This document shows, one piece after another, positions 31,136 through 42,606 of a DNA stretch of 64,000 nucleotides. A program made the translations under genes and the position numbers. Numbering within the stretch: the stretch's first letter is position 1; every line of letters starts with the position of its first letter. The stretch lies in the IMG/VR virus record IMGVR_UViG_3300028581_000028, positions 20,314 to 84,313 of that record. One strand, written 5' to 3'. Source of the DNA: a virus. The notes under the pieces were generated by a model. It did no database searches. It saw only the letters and a list, made by a program, of their open reading frames with translations, and was not told where the DNA came from.

Positions 31136-31654
31136 TTATTGTTTTGTTTTTAATTCTGCGTTTTCTCGCCTTAAGCTCTCGTTTTCCAGCGTTAAACTCT
31201 TGATTCGGGAGTTTGACTTGACCGCCACATTCTCTTCACGGTTATTGCGTTGTTTTAGGTTGTTGATCTCCTTTTCGAGTTCCCCGATCCGTTGCTTTAA
31301 TTCCTCTGGGGAGTCGTGATGGGCAGATGCCTTGCTTGTAAGATGCCAAAACCCACATTTGCACAAGTAAGCTCGTACTGGGATAACTTTCTTTTTAGAT
31401 GTTTTTTTGATCTTTTCTAAGCTATAAAGGGCATCTTGTTCGCATCTGAAGTGTACTTTTTTACAAGTACTTGGTTGGTTATCTTTTATAATATCCATCC
31501 GCCCATCCGCCCAATGCTTTACGATTTGCCCATCTTTGTTCATATAGACCATCGGAAGCCCTCGCCCCCAAGTGTCTTTAATGACTTCTTGCTGGAGCAG
31601 TTCTTTAAACTTAGGGGAGTTTAAATATTTAAGATGTTCCTCGTCTGCACCCAT
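31136..31654 (-). CDS. Hypothetical protein with Zn-finger-like motif and coiled coil
   Basis: RAYLCKCGFWHLTS. Confidence 0.55.
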   Translation of the reverse strand: MGADEEHLKYLNSPKFKELLQQEVIKDTWGRGLPMVYMNKDGQIVKHWADGRMDIIKDNQPSTCKKVHFRCEQDALYSLEKIKKTSKKKVIPVRAYLCKCGFWHLTSKASAHHDSPEELKQRIGELEKEINNLKQRNNREENVAVKSNSRIKSLTLENESLRRENAELKTKQ

Positions 31655-32433
31655 TATATTGTGCTTATAAAATCAAATAACTGTTTAGTCCAACGGGCAT
31701 CTCCCAATGCGTTATGTACGTTTACTTCTTTGGGATATGTGCTGGAGCTTTTTAATTCTTTTAAAACTTGATCTGGGTTACAATGTTTAGCCTTTGCAAA
31801 ACCTTCTGCCTTTTCATCGATCATTTGTTTTAAATCTCTGCAATACATTGGGTAATAACTCGGAAGGTTGTTCATTTTGCCAAATAACCAGCAAAAAACA
31901 ACCCAGTCATAATCGGCATAATAACCATAAAATGTCGGCATTATTAAAGACTCCAGTAAAGGCTTGTCTAATAAAGCATCGTGATATCGTTTTTCAATCG
32001 CCTCCGATGTAGTAAACCTCAAGATATCATCTGCTATCTGTTTATTTGTTTTGCCATATAACTCCAGCAGAGTCCGTAAACTACTTGGGTTAAATAACTC
32101 AGACTGAAGTCGTGAATATATTTTACTATCTGCAACTGGCTCTGTTTCGACCATATAACGATTAGATAATTCGTTGAATATTGGTCGCAATACGTTTTCT
32201 CTTAGCCAGTAGTATTTATAAGTCTTACCGCCATCTTTTAGCGATTTATCTTGCCTTAAGTCGTATCTATTCCAAGCCTCACGGACATTGAATTCTTTAG
32301 ATATCGCATAATATTCACGACCATCATCAGCCACGATCCCGATTGAAATAAGATCAATGGTTGGCTTTGTTATTTTGCCAAATAATTTTTTTTGAGTTCC
32401 TTCAACAAACTCCGTGTCTATAAAATAGTTCAT
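31654..32433 (-). CDS. DEDDh 3'-5' exonuclease (Rv2179c/DUF5051-like)
   Basis: FIDTEF, YADYDWV, HNALGDARW. Confidence 0.85.
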   Translation of the reverse strand: MNYFIDTEFVEGTQKKLFGKITKPTIDLISIGIVADDGREYYAISKEFNVREAWNRYDLRQDKSLKDGGKTYKYYWLRENVLRPIFNELSNRYMVETEPVADSKIYSRLQSELFNPSSLRTLLELYGKTNKQIADDILRFTTSEAIEKRYHDALLDKPLLESLIMPTFYGYYADYDWVVFCWLFGKMNNLPSYYPMYCRDLKQMIDEKAEGFAKAKHCNPDQVLKELKSSSTYPKEVNVHNALGDARWTKQLFDFISTI

Positions 32434-32435
32434 AG

Positions 32436-32765
32436 TTAAATCGTATAAGGTTTTTTAATTTCTCGAAAATGGGTTATACTGCCATCGTTGTTTGATGCCC
32501 AGCCAGTACCGTTCCAAGTCTCGTAATGTTGTTTATTGCATTTCTCTCGATAAACCTCATAACGACCATACTTTTCTGGTTTTTGGTTGCTGGTCGATAT
32601 CCACCCAGCGTTATCGTTTTCTTGTCGAACTTCTTTTCCGTATTCTAAGAACATTAAAATCAGCGTATCCTCTGATACGTTTTTGTCTGCACAGATAACC
32701 TCAATGCAACGAAACATATAATCGTTACTTTTACTCATAGCCTTTATTTTTTCAAGATTATTCAC
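32436..32765 (-). CDS. DUF551-like protein
   Basis: WIS..KPEKYG..WNGTGW..ITHFREI. Confidence 0.5.
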   Translation of the reverse strand: MNNLEKIKAMSKSNDYMFRCIEVICADKNVSEDTLILMFLEYGKEVRQENDNAGWISTSNQKPEKYGRYEVYREKCNKQHYETWNGTGWASNNDGSITHFREIKKPYTI

Positions 32766-33403
32766 TTTTTTATTGGCTTATACTCCACGACTTTAACATC
32801 TCTGTATCCGTCCTTGTCCTTGCGTTGTCGCATAAAGGATAACATAGTATCTCTTTCTTTAGCGGAGCTTACAATTACGCTTTTTGTTTTACCACCAGTA
32901 TTGTAACTGATTTTAAATTGTTTTTTTGGCATAACGATTAATTTAGATGCTTCCGCCCCATAAATGAGAGGCGATGGCGAGGTTTACAAACTTGAATTAT
33001 TTTTGGTATTTTTTCTGTTTTTTGGTTATACATTTTCCAAGATGCGTACATCTTCTCTCTGGCAATGCGGAGTACCTTTTGTTCTTTCGTTTCGGCTTCT
33101 ATATTACTTACATAAGTAAACGATCCAGAATAAGATAGCCCACTTTGTGTTGATATACAATACCCAAACCCATAGTCCGTTGGGGTTGTATCTCCGTATC
33201 CGTATGGCTGATTGCTTACCATAATTAGCCCAGTACCTCTTTTTGTTTGCCTTCCGCTTGTTTTAACTTATTTGCCTTCCGCATCTTTTTAACCTCAATG
33301 TAATAGATGTTTCTCTCTGCAAAGGTAGTCTTTTCTCCGTTCTTTATCCTACGACCAATTTCATACAATTTCTTTTGCATATTCTTGTTTTTTTGAAAGT
33401 TGA

Positions 33404-33772
33404 TTAATTAGTTTTGATTGGCTTAACGAAATCCTCACTACATCGTGGGCAGTGATACCCGATTGGTTTTTCGACTATGTTTTTACAATACGGACATTCG
33501 CAACTTTGATCTTCTCCGTGTCGCAATTCTTTGGCTATTGGCTCGATTTTATTGCCAGTACTTGCATCTTTGCTATCTGGATAAGGATTTGTATCTCTCA
33601 GCCTTCCAAGATCAGCACCAAGCCACATAACCCCCTCTTGAAGTTTAGTTATGGCTAAACTTCTCTCCCGTGAGGTCGGTAATTCTTTAATACGCTGAAT
33701 AATTTCGTCTGTTTCTTTGCGGAGTTGTTTGTTTGCTACAATTTCTTGCTCCCTTTTTTCTTGGTCTTCCAT
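33404..33772 (-). CDS. Acb2/Tad1-like hairpin (possible cyclic-nucleotide sponge) protein with C-terminal Zn ribbon
   Basis: SRERSLAITKLQEGVMWL motif; C-terminal CPYC..CPRC. Confidence 0.55.
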   Translation of the reverse strand: MEDQEKREQEIVANKQLRKETDEIIQRIKELPTSRERSLAITKLQEGVMWLGADLGRLRDTNPYPDSKDASTGNKIEPIAKELRHGEDQSCECPYCKNIVEKPIGYHCPRCSEDFVKPIKTN

Positions 33773-33783
33773 CTTACTGTTTT

Positions 33784-34570
33784 TTAATTATTAATATCTG
33801 ATATACTTATTTCTTTGTTGAAAATTTTGTCTGTATTTATATCCATCAGATCGGCAAATTCTACCTCGCAGAAAGTCCCGCAGTCTGGAAGTATTGGTTG
33901 CTCGTATCTGCCATCGGCATCCGTTAATTCGTCCAGATATCTGCCCTTTACACAAGTAGCACCAATTTTACGTTCCAGTTTAGCCATTCTATCGTATTCT
34001 GCTGGGAAGTATTTGCGTACAAGCCTAAAGTATCCCACCCTTTACGCAACAAATACAGTTATTGTTTTGAAATCCCAATCTGTACATTTCGGGCATCTTG
34101 ATATCGTTTTTTAAGATGAGGTAGGCACATTGTTCTTTATTTAATCCTTTCTCAATAAGCGGATACACGGGCTTTGTTTTTGGATACTGCTGGGAGAATC
34201 TAATGGCACGATTGATCTCCTTTTTTACAAACTCAAATCCAAAGACTTGATGGCTAAATGGGATCTCCTTTTCGACTTGTTCCCTTACCTTCTTTTTTAA
34301 CCAAAGGGTACACGGTGATCCACTCGCACCGTTAATGAATTTTCTTTTTTCGCATACTTCAAACTGGTCGTCATAAACAAGGCTTCTTCTCCGATGAATT
34401 TCTACCCCGATCCACTTCTCGCAATTCTCTATAAATCTATCGTTATCTGGGTGTGCGGTAGCTATATCAATATAAATTAAAATACAGTTTTCCTTACCAT
34501 ACTTTTCGACTGCCAGTTTACAAGCAACCGCAGATGTCAAACCGCAACTAAACCAACAAATAACCTTCAT
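33784..34570 (-). pseudogene. PAPS-reductase-family gene split by a frameshift near 34035
   Basis: WFSCGLTSAVA PP-loop and NNNCICCVKGG in ORF 34025..34570; the expected GY..DRMAKLERKIG continuation is in another frame (33784..34038). Confidence 0.75.
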
Positions 34571-34882
34571 CTTATTCTCCTATTTATTTCTGCGTTTATT
34601 ATATGCTTAAATAATTTGCCCATAAGTCATCGCTGGGTTTATATTATACCTCTGGACGATTAAATCGGTATACTTAAATACATAGTCGTTGATTTTACCA
34701 AAAAGCTCAAGTGATTGGGAGAAGTCTGCATTAATTATCCCCCTCACACTCGATGTACTAAAGTTATGGTCGTAATCTATCTCCAACTGCTCCAGCCGTG
34801 AGGTCGGGATCGTCTGGAGATAGTTACTCGCCAATGCATCTTTAATAATGTTATACTTTATGATTAAATCAGTATCCATCGG

Positions 34883-35767
34883 CTATAATTCATCCATTAA
34901 CACGAGTTCTTTATCCCAAGCACCCAATATCTGCCAGTAAATACCAAAAGGCGACTGCACCAGCAAAATAGGATCGTTACGCTTCTCCTCATCTTTAAAC
35001 ATTTTCTTTTCTGCAATCACATAAAATATCGGGCTTTTTTTACATAACTTTTTCACGTTATCCTTGTAAGCCTTCATAATTTCCATCGCCTCTTTTGGAA
35101 ATTTTGGTATAAACAAATCAGATGTTTTAAGCACCAGCTCGTACTTGTTTACCAACGCATTAATTTTATCGGTAGTTGTACAGTCGTACTGCTCGAAAAA
35201 GTCTTTAAACTCAGCGTATTGCTTTCTGTTTTCCAAGCGTGTAACCATATCAATAACCTCTTTTTTGGCATAACGGTTTTGCTTGATAAATTCCTTTTTC
35301 ATTTTTAAAACAAGGATTTTTTCGTCCAGATTTTCGAGTGTAACTGGTACTGGGATCGTTTCCAGTTCTTTCCAAACATCAATCGGTTTTAGCTTAAGTT
35401 TTGGCTCTACCTCTTCCATTTTATCGCTTACCCCCAATACCATTCTTGGTTGACCTTGCATTGCTATTGGCTCTGCGGTCGCCATCATATCGCCACCTTG
35501 AAAACTACCATTAGCACCATATTCGTTTAGAAAGTCATACAAGTAAATTTCTTCTTGCTCATCTCCACCGTATTCGGCAATGTTATCGCTTACACTATAT
35601 TGAATTTTACGTTGCATCTCCATCACCGCCTCAATCATAATTTTAGCCTCGCCCTTTTTACGTTCAAGGTGTCTTTTAGCCTTTGCCTTACTGCTAAAAA
35701 ATACTGGAGTCTTAAAAAGCTTCAAAAAGCCTTTCTTTTCTGGTTTTGAATCTTTCTTTTTTGCCAT
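34883..35767 (-). CDS. Conserved phage hypothetical protein
   Basis: C-terminal DPILLVQSPFGIYWQILGAWD. Confidence 0.65.
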   Translation of the reverse strand: MAKKKDSKPEKKGFLKLFKTPVFFSSKAKAKRHLERKKGEAKIMIEAVMEMQRKIQYSVSDNIAEYGGDEQEEIYLYDFLNEYGANGSFQGGDMMATAEPIAMQGQPRMVLGVSDKMEEVEPKLKLKPIDVWKELETIPVPVTLENLDEKILVLKMKKEFIKQNRYAKKEVIDMVTRLENRKQYAEFKDFFEQYDCTTTDKINALVNKYELVLKTSDLFIPKFPKEAMEIMKAYKDNVKKLCKKSPIFYVIAEKKMFKDEEKRNDPILLVQSPFGIYWQILGAWDKELVLMDEL

Positions 35768-35783
35768 ACTGATTTAATTTATT

Positions 35784-36383
35784 TTATTGATTATTACTTG
35801 GATATAACGCTTTAAATACTTGCCAACCCCTACCCATAAAGTCAAACATTCCTTGAATATCAACGGGTGCATAATGAATAAATATCATCTCGCAACCCCA
35901 TTTATCTTTGTACTTTACAGATAATTTACCGCCATCAGACTCCTCATCCCAGTCGATGATCAAAGCCTTGTGTAATGAAACATTATTGCCAGTTTCCTTG
36001 TCTATATAACGAATACTGTTCATATAATACTCCATATCTTTATTTTTAAAAATCTCAACATTATACTTATCGCAATCGATTATCATTCCCTCACTTCCGT
36101 TTGATGTAATAAACCTTTGCTTTTTGTTAAGTTTTTCGAGTTCTTTGATACCAGTAAAACAGTAATTGCATTGTTTTAACTGTTCTATTATTTCTTGTGC
36201 AGTGCCTTTTAACCCTCTGATCCATTCAATATTGCTGGTGTCTTTTCGAGTCATACACATTGCCACACTTTTTACTGCTTCAACCTCGTCATACACATTG
36301 ATAACTTGTTTGCGTGTATAATCCTCTGGATCATCGCTTACAACATCAATTAAATAAGTAACCTCAAAATATTTTCGTTCCAT
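35784..36383 (-). CDS. Hypothetical protein
   Basis: 199 aa ORF. Confidence 0.6.
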   Translation of the reverse strand: MERKYFEVTYLIDVVSDDPEDYTRKQVINVYDEVEAVKSVAMCMTRKDTSNIEWIRGLKGTAQEIIEQLKQCNYCFTGIKELEKLNKKQRFITSNGSEGMIIDCDKYNVEIFKNKDMEYYMNSIRYIDKETGNNVSLHKALIIDWDEESDGGKLSVKYKDKWGCEMIFIHYAPVDIQGMFDFMGRGWQVFKALYPSNNQ

Positions 36384-36387
36384 AATG

Positions 36388-36648
36388 CTAATATTTTGCT
36401 ATTAATATTTTTAAGCTCATAAAGACATATCCCTTTTCGATCCCAAATTGACCGCCTTTTAAAATATACGTCACCTCTGCAAGTACATATCCGTATTTAT
36501 ACTGATTGTTTTGCCCATCATAGTTTTCCAAACATAAAATATCAAACTGCTGAAAGTTCCGATCATCCTTGCGAACCTCAAATGTTTTATATCCGTGTGC
36601 TACTTGGTTAAAGTAGTCTGTATGAGTTTTTAAATGATGTATTTCCAT
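36388..36648 (-). CDS. DUF3850/ASCH-like protein
   Basis: HHLKT..YF..GYKTFEVRKDDRNFQ..VTYIL..GYVFMSL. Confidence 0.85.
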   Translation of the reverse strand: MEIHHLKTHTDYFNQVAHGYKTFEVRKDDRNFQQFDILCLENYDGQNNQYKYGYVLAEVTYILKGGQFGIEKGYVFMSLKILIAKY

Positions 36649-37031
36649 ACTTATTTTTTATTTTTGGAACTGTAACGAATCTACTTCTTTAATGGTTAAT
36701 TCAGAATAAACCATCTCCTTTGTTTGCGGAGATGATGCCATTGTATCAACCGCCCTTGCAACTGCGGTAACTATATTTACGGATGTAAAACTGGGTAATG
36801 CTACAAAAGCCCCAGTATCTAATTTAAATGTCGCACTATATATTTTCATATTTCTTTATTTTCATCAAACTTTGAATAAATCATTACAGAAAAAAATATA
36901 AGTTGTATGTAAAAAACCCAGTACAACTTCATATTTACATAACTCCAGCCCAGCAACATCGATGTTGGTTCTGATTGAATTCTGGCAAAAACATCCTTTT
37001 TTAATCTTATTTGTTTTGTCCGTTTACGCAT

Positions 37032-37529
37032 TTACACAAATATTAAAATTGATCCCTTATAAGCCCAGCGTTTTTGTACTTTAACCCACCAGATATCGCT
37101 ATCGTTTTTACGCAAACTATCTTTTATTGCCTTCGTAATGTTGTCTTCGTCTGGGGTGCTTTCGTGTGGCATCCCATTGTACTTTGCTTTTTTCTTTTCC
37201 GACCACCCATCTGGCATCGGAATAAAATAAACCGCCTCAAATACTTTAGGGAGTACAAAGCCCATAAGGTTCGCTTGGGCTATCATATTTTTTTTAAAAT
37301 AGAAGTACTCGGTGACAACTGGTCTCTGCCTCTTTTTCGGATCTTTATGATCGGGGTTTGTAAAAATGCGATCCCGATTTGTCATCCTTATCGCCCCCAT
37401 CGGCACTATATCGAAAAGATAAAACTCTCTGCTCTGGTCAAGCACATATCTGGTTGCCAAAACCTCCAGACGTTTGCCCTTTTGGTGATGACACTTGCCG
37501 AAACTATGTTTTATCCTTTTAACGACCAT
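37032..37529 (-). CDS. rusA: RusA-family Holliday junction resolvase
   Basis: FIPMPDGWSEKKK..PDEDNITKAIKDSL..DSDIW. Confidence 0.8.
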   Translation of the reverse strand: MVVKRIKHSFGKCHHQKGKRLEVLATRYVLDQSREFYLFDIVPMGAIRMTNRDRIFTNPDHKDPKKRQRPVVTEYFYFKKNMIAQANLMGFVLPKVFEAVYFIPMPDGWSEKKKAKYNGMPHESTPDEDNITKAIKDSLRKNDSDIWWVKVQKRWAYKGSILIFV

Positions 37530-38763
37530 TTTAACTCTTTATTTTTTTCTCCAAACACAAAAAGCAGTATCCCAAATCCAACCCATTTCTTCGGCTTTCT
37601 TTAACATATTATTGTAGCGATTTAGACAAACCATTTCGTTCTTTTCGTTGAATTGTTTTATAAACTCATCTTGGCTTATATTATCACATTTGATTGGCTC
37701 TTCTATCTGAAGACCATTTTGATATCTTGTAATTTTGTTTACATAATCCTTATTTTTTGATTTTTCAACATAAACAATATGGGCATTTGCCATAACCCGT
37801 ATTGGTCGACCATCGATTTTTATAAAATCTGTTTTAATGTTTTCGTCAAACATATCTACATCAAGCATATCAGTAGTTTTCATATTATCCTTTATAATTT
37901 ACATTTCTACCGCTTAAGTTTTTTCCGTTTGCCTCTTCCCAAGCCCAGTACGATTGATTAGTAAACTCCCTAACAAATTCATCTGGGGTTTTTCCATATC
38001 TCTCTACCGTGTTTAAAAACTCCCCAGTCGTCCCATCTGACTGCGATATTTTCTCAATTGCAACGATATCCTCGCTGGTCTTTTTTGCGTTAATAACGAT
38101 TGCATCTTTATCGGAGTGTATTAAAAAATCAAAGAACTTCAAATCTTTTTGGTTGACTTTTATGATATTTTTAAAGCCCACGATAAATTCGTCTACGGGT
38201 ATGCTATATTGCTCCATCGGGAATATAGGATGCGAGTACTGGCTGCCACTTTGCGATATGCCTTTTTGATAAACAAGGTCGCTATGATTTTCTGCTTTTT
38301 CCAAAACCACAACCCAAGCATTAGGTTGAATTTCGATCTCGAAACCAAATACGTTTATTTTTTTTGTAAGCATTTTATTCAACTTTTAAAGGGATTTTAG
38401 CAATCTTTATTATACTGGCAACTATTTTACTCATACAGTCTTTACAAATATCATCGAGGTGTACAGATAAGTTTTTATCGCTGGAGTTGGTCATCCCTTG
38501 CATTTTCAAATAACCCTTGCCCTTTTTATTCTTGGTTATGTCCGCCCCACAAAGATCGCAATATGTGAATTCCTTTACCATTATTTGCTATTTAATTCTT
38601 TTTTGATCAGCCTTTTTGATATAGCTCTTCTCTTGCCAGAAGTATATTGTTTCATCCAGCGTCTTACGTGTCCAGCCCACTCACCGTTAATAAAGGAATT
38701 TTGTTTATGTCCGACTCTTAATTTGCCCATAACTTAACACATACTTATTTATTTACAGTAAAT

Positions 38764-40032
38764 TTAAAACAATTTTCCTTGACTCAAAAATGTTTCGAGT
38801 CTTTTTTCTGCGATTTTACAATATTCTGCACTCATCTCGCTTCCGATGAATTTTCTATTTGACCGCAGTGCAACCTCTCCCGTGCTTCCAGTCCCCATAA
38901 ATGGATCGTAAACAACACCGCCCTCGAATTCTGCTACACAACCGCAATCCGATAACTCAGTAATATACTCAGTTTCTCCCTTCTCGCTTGGCTTGTATTT
39001 TATGGTCGTCATCTGGGCATCGAAAGTATCATCAAATCCCAGTATCTCTTTAATAACAATCCAGTCCTCTGCAGTCGGGTAGCTCTCGCCACTAAACCAA
39101 TGATGTGTGGCTTGGGATTGCATAGTAAACTCGATCTGCTCAACTGTTTGGCTACCCTTCCATTTTTTAAGGTACGCAACGATATCTTTTATTGCTGGAA
39201 GATCTCTTGCCTCGACCAGCCCAGACCTTTCTTGCACGGAATAAGGCTTCGATCTATCCCAAACTACGGTACCACGATCAGCATTATCAAATAAGACTGG
39301 TTTTGATATTTTAAATCTCGGTTGTTTGCACTTAGAACATACAAATTCGGGACAACTGGATAACATTGGTTTGACCAGCAACGAGTCGTTATAACTGGCA
39401 TAATGTTTATTCGGGCTGGGCTTTGTTGGGATATCCCAAAAGTCTGCTACATCACCGCAGTTTTTACCCTTTTCGCTTTGCCCTAACCAGTCAACATCTC
39501 CGCTAAAATTATTTACGTTGCCCTTGCCATTGTATTTTATCCTATTAGCTCCACGATTATCAGCGTTTTTATGTCTATCCCTCACGGCATCTAAATCGAA
39601 AAAGTAATTTTCGCTTTTAACCATAAAGAAAAAGTACTCGTGTTTTTTCGAAAAGCGATCCGTTACGCTTTCTGGCATCGCATTGCGTTTTGCCCATACT
39701 ACATCATTGCGAACTATCCAGCCACGATCCATACACCCGATTGCAAATCGATGAGGCAATAACAATAATCTTTTATCGCCATCGTAGGAATCCCCCATAT
39801 TGATCCATACACTCCCAGTTGGCTTTAGTTTATCATAAAGCACATACATCATTTGCCAAAGATTTTCCAGATAAACGATAAAGCTATGTTCTTGTCCCCA
39901 TTGACCAGCGTACCCATAATCTCGTAGTTTCCAGTACGGAGGCGAGGTGATAACACAATCTAAAAAGTTATCGGGCATCCTACGAAGAGTTGCCAGACAA
40001 GGCTCATTATATATTTTGTTTAACTCCATCAC
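38764..40032 (-). CDS. N4/N6 DNA methyltransferase (beta class) with internal insertion
   Basis: TSPPY, WAKRNAMPESVTDR, HYASY, YDPFMGTGST; insert between CSKC and CGC. Confidence 0.9.
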   Translation of the reverse strand: MMELNKIYNEPCLATLRRMPDNFLDCVITSPPYWKLRDYGYAGQWGQEHSFIVYLENLWQMMYVLYDKLKPTGSVWINMGDSYDGDKRLLLLPHRFAIGCMDRGWIVRNDVVWAKRNAMPESVTDRFSKKHEYFFFMVKSENYFFDLDAVRDRHKNADNRGANRIKYNGKGNVNNFSGDVDWLGQSEKGKNCGDVADFWDIPTKPSPNKHYASYNDSLLVKPMLSSCPEFVCSKCKQPRFKISKPVLFDNADRGTVVWDRSKPYSVQERSGLVEARDLPAIKDIVAYLKKWKGSQTVEQIEFTMQSQATHHWFSGESYPTAEDWIVIKEILGFDDTFDAQMTTIKYKPSEKGETEYITELSDCGCVAEFEGGVVYDPFMGTGSTGEVALRSNRKFIGSEMSAEYCKIAEKRLETFLSQGKLF

Positions 40033-40271
40033 CAGATCACGTTATTAGGTAATATTTCGCTACCGCTTTTTACATTTTGCTGAACCCCATTATTCCAAAA
40101 TATTGCCTCGCAAGGAGTAACCATCTGGAAAGAGTCGCATCTAATAGCAGTACTTCGCTGGTTCATCCCAGTACCGTTAAGGATATTTAGGGTGTACCGC
40201 TTATCCTCTCTGGCACTCTCACACCCAAGTAACGTAAGAGATAATGCGAGTAAAAAGATTAATTTTTTCAT
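40029..40271 (-). CDS. Putative lipoprotein
   Basis: MKKLIFLLALSLTLLGC lipobox. Confidence 0.65.
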   Translation of the reverse strand: MKKLIFLLALSLTLLGCESAREDKRYTLNILNGTGMNQRSTAIRCDSFQMVTPCEAIFWNNGVQQNVKSGSEILPNNVIW

Positions 40272-41922
40272 ACTTATTTTAGTTGGTTTGATAATACTTT
40301 ATCGACCTCGTCATCTGTAAGTTGGCTGGTTGTTTTATAGCCTTTTTTAATGCCATACTGGAGAACCTTTCTGACCTCCTCTTTTGTCATTGGCATCCCT
40401 TTGTGTTCAAATGCCTTCCAACTTTTGTTTATTTGCTGTAAAGCTCCTAAAATGTCCGCATCCATACTTTATTTTTTTTTAAATAAAACACCCCAAATTA
40501 CAAAGGTTAAAATCAAAACTATTTTCAGAGTATTGCTCATATCCTTTAATCCTTTTTATACTCATAAGTCCAATCGTCTGTATCGCCTTTCAAATACTTA
40601 AAGGCTTTCTTTTTCCAGATTTCTTTTTGCTTTGTCAACTCAACGGTCAAAGGAACATCTTTCCCAGCTCCAAACATCCCCTCTTTATATCCGCAGTACG
40701 GACACCACCATTCGTAACCATCGTGTCTAAAAGTCCAAATTAATGGCACTTGCTTTTCGTGGCAATCGCAGATCTTGATTATTGGTTCGTTCATAATTTA
40801 TCTTTGTTTTTGATTAGGTAAAAGCAATATACGATAACCCCTCTTTTCTCAATTCATCGTGTAATATTTTACGCACACTGGTGTATTTAAAAACATTTAT
40901 TAATTCGTAAAATAATTGTAGCGGAGGCATATCGAATATTTTGCCATCGTACTCGTAGTCATAACTTGCATATAAGTCAATGTTTTTGCCAGATATGAGA
41001 GGTCTTAACTTATTTGCAAAGGTTAAAACCCCAATCGTTAAACTTTCATCTCTATTATTGGCACTATCAAGTATAATAACCGCCATATTTTGATAGTCCA
41101 TTTCAAAGAATTCATCTTGAAACAAGTACGCTGACTGGTTGTTCCAAAAATACGAAACAAAATAATTCCAAGCCTTTGTTATTTTATCAAAGTGTTCGCA
41201 TTTAGTACCCTTAATATCCAAAGCTGAAGATTGAAAATAATAATCATTCTCTTTGTTATAATCTTTACTGTTTATTGGTCGTGATCTATCCATATTCGTT
41301 TTATTATCTTTTGTAATTGCGAGAATAAGACCAGCTAAATTCTTTCTGGTTTTGGAATTCTTTTTTATAATCGGTCTTCGGCACAAATGCTTTCCCTATT
41401 TCTGTTTTTGTAACCCGTCCTAATCTAAAATTTTTAACTATTCTTTTTAATTCGGATACTGCTTTATCTAAACCAGTTTCTAAAACGTACCAGTAATTTG
41501 TCCTTACGAGATCATCAAAGGGCTTCCCAAATGCTGTTTCACGACCACCCCAAGTGCCAATTCCTTGCTGGAAAACAGAGTTACCAAAAGCGATTAACAC
41601 CGCTTCGTACCTTTCCCAGTCATCGCTTGTACCATTTGACTTCATCGAGATTTCGATGTTAAATATTTTCTCGTATTGCTTTTTATTCTTCGCCATTTTG
41701 CCCGTTTTTGTTTTCATTATCTGCCAGTTTTTTTAATATTTTATTGCATTTTTTACAACTACAACGACTCTCTATAATCGTTGAATTTATGTATGGGTGC
41801 TTTTTGGAATATAACCCACAAGCAGTTACAAATCGGTGATGCCCGCTTTTTGTCCAGTCGTAGTCTGTATGATAATGTATTATTCCAAAAGGTAGTCTTC
41901 CACGCATATACTTATTTTTTTA

Positions 41923-42606
41923 TTATCCGAATAACGTTCCTTGACTTTGCATCCCAGCGAGTCGCTTTGCTCCAGCATTAAACCACTTGGGATCAAGTTC
42001 AGTCCCGATAAACTTTCTGCCCTCTTTATGACAAGCGACTGCAGTACTAAAGCTCCCCAAAAAACCATCAAATACCATATCGCCTTTATTACTGCTATGT
42101 AGAATAATCCTACGGATTACATTATAATCTTTTTCGTGTGGATGGCTATTGACATCGTGTTGAACGTGATTCATTTTCCAGACGTTGCTTACATCATTGG
42201 AGTTGTACTTTGCCTTGCCCTTTTCGAGTACTAAACAGACCTCGTATTGATTTCTGAAACCATATCCCATCCCGATATTGTTTTTTACTAAAATGCAAAG
42301 CATACGGTAATTAAATCCGTGTGCAATAGCATACTCTTTTATTTGGAAACAAAACTTGTGATTGCTGAATAAATAAAGACTGGTATCGTTTTTCATTTTC
42401 GGAAGTATTGCGTCCAAAAAACGATAATTGATACTCTCATCCTCGTTATTTAAAATCTCTTTAGAGTCCCTTCCATACCCGATTCCATCCCCGTAAGGAG
42501 GATCAACGATTACGAGGTCAAGGCACTCGTTTGGCATTACCGCAATTAAGTCAAAGCAATCTGCTTGGAATACGGTGTTTTCTTTAAATTCTATTTTATT
42601 TTCCAT
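41923..42606 (-). CDS. N4/N6 DNA methyltransferase (beta class)
   Basis: VDPPY, HPHEK, FDGFLGSFST. Confidence 0.9.
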   Translation of the reverse strand: MENKIEFKENTVFQADCFDLIAVMPNECLDLVIVDPPYGDGIGYGRDSKEILNNEDESINYRFLDAILPKMKNDTSLYLFSNHKFCFQIKEYAIAHGFNYRMLCILVKNNIGMGYGFRNQYEVCLVLEKGKAKYNSNDVSNVWKMNHVQHDVNSHPHEKDYNVIRRIILHSSNKGDMVFDGFLGSFSTAVACHKEGRKFIGTELDPKWFNAGAKRLAGMQSQGTLFG

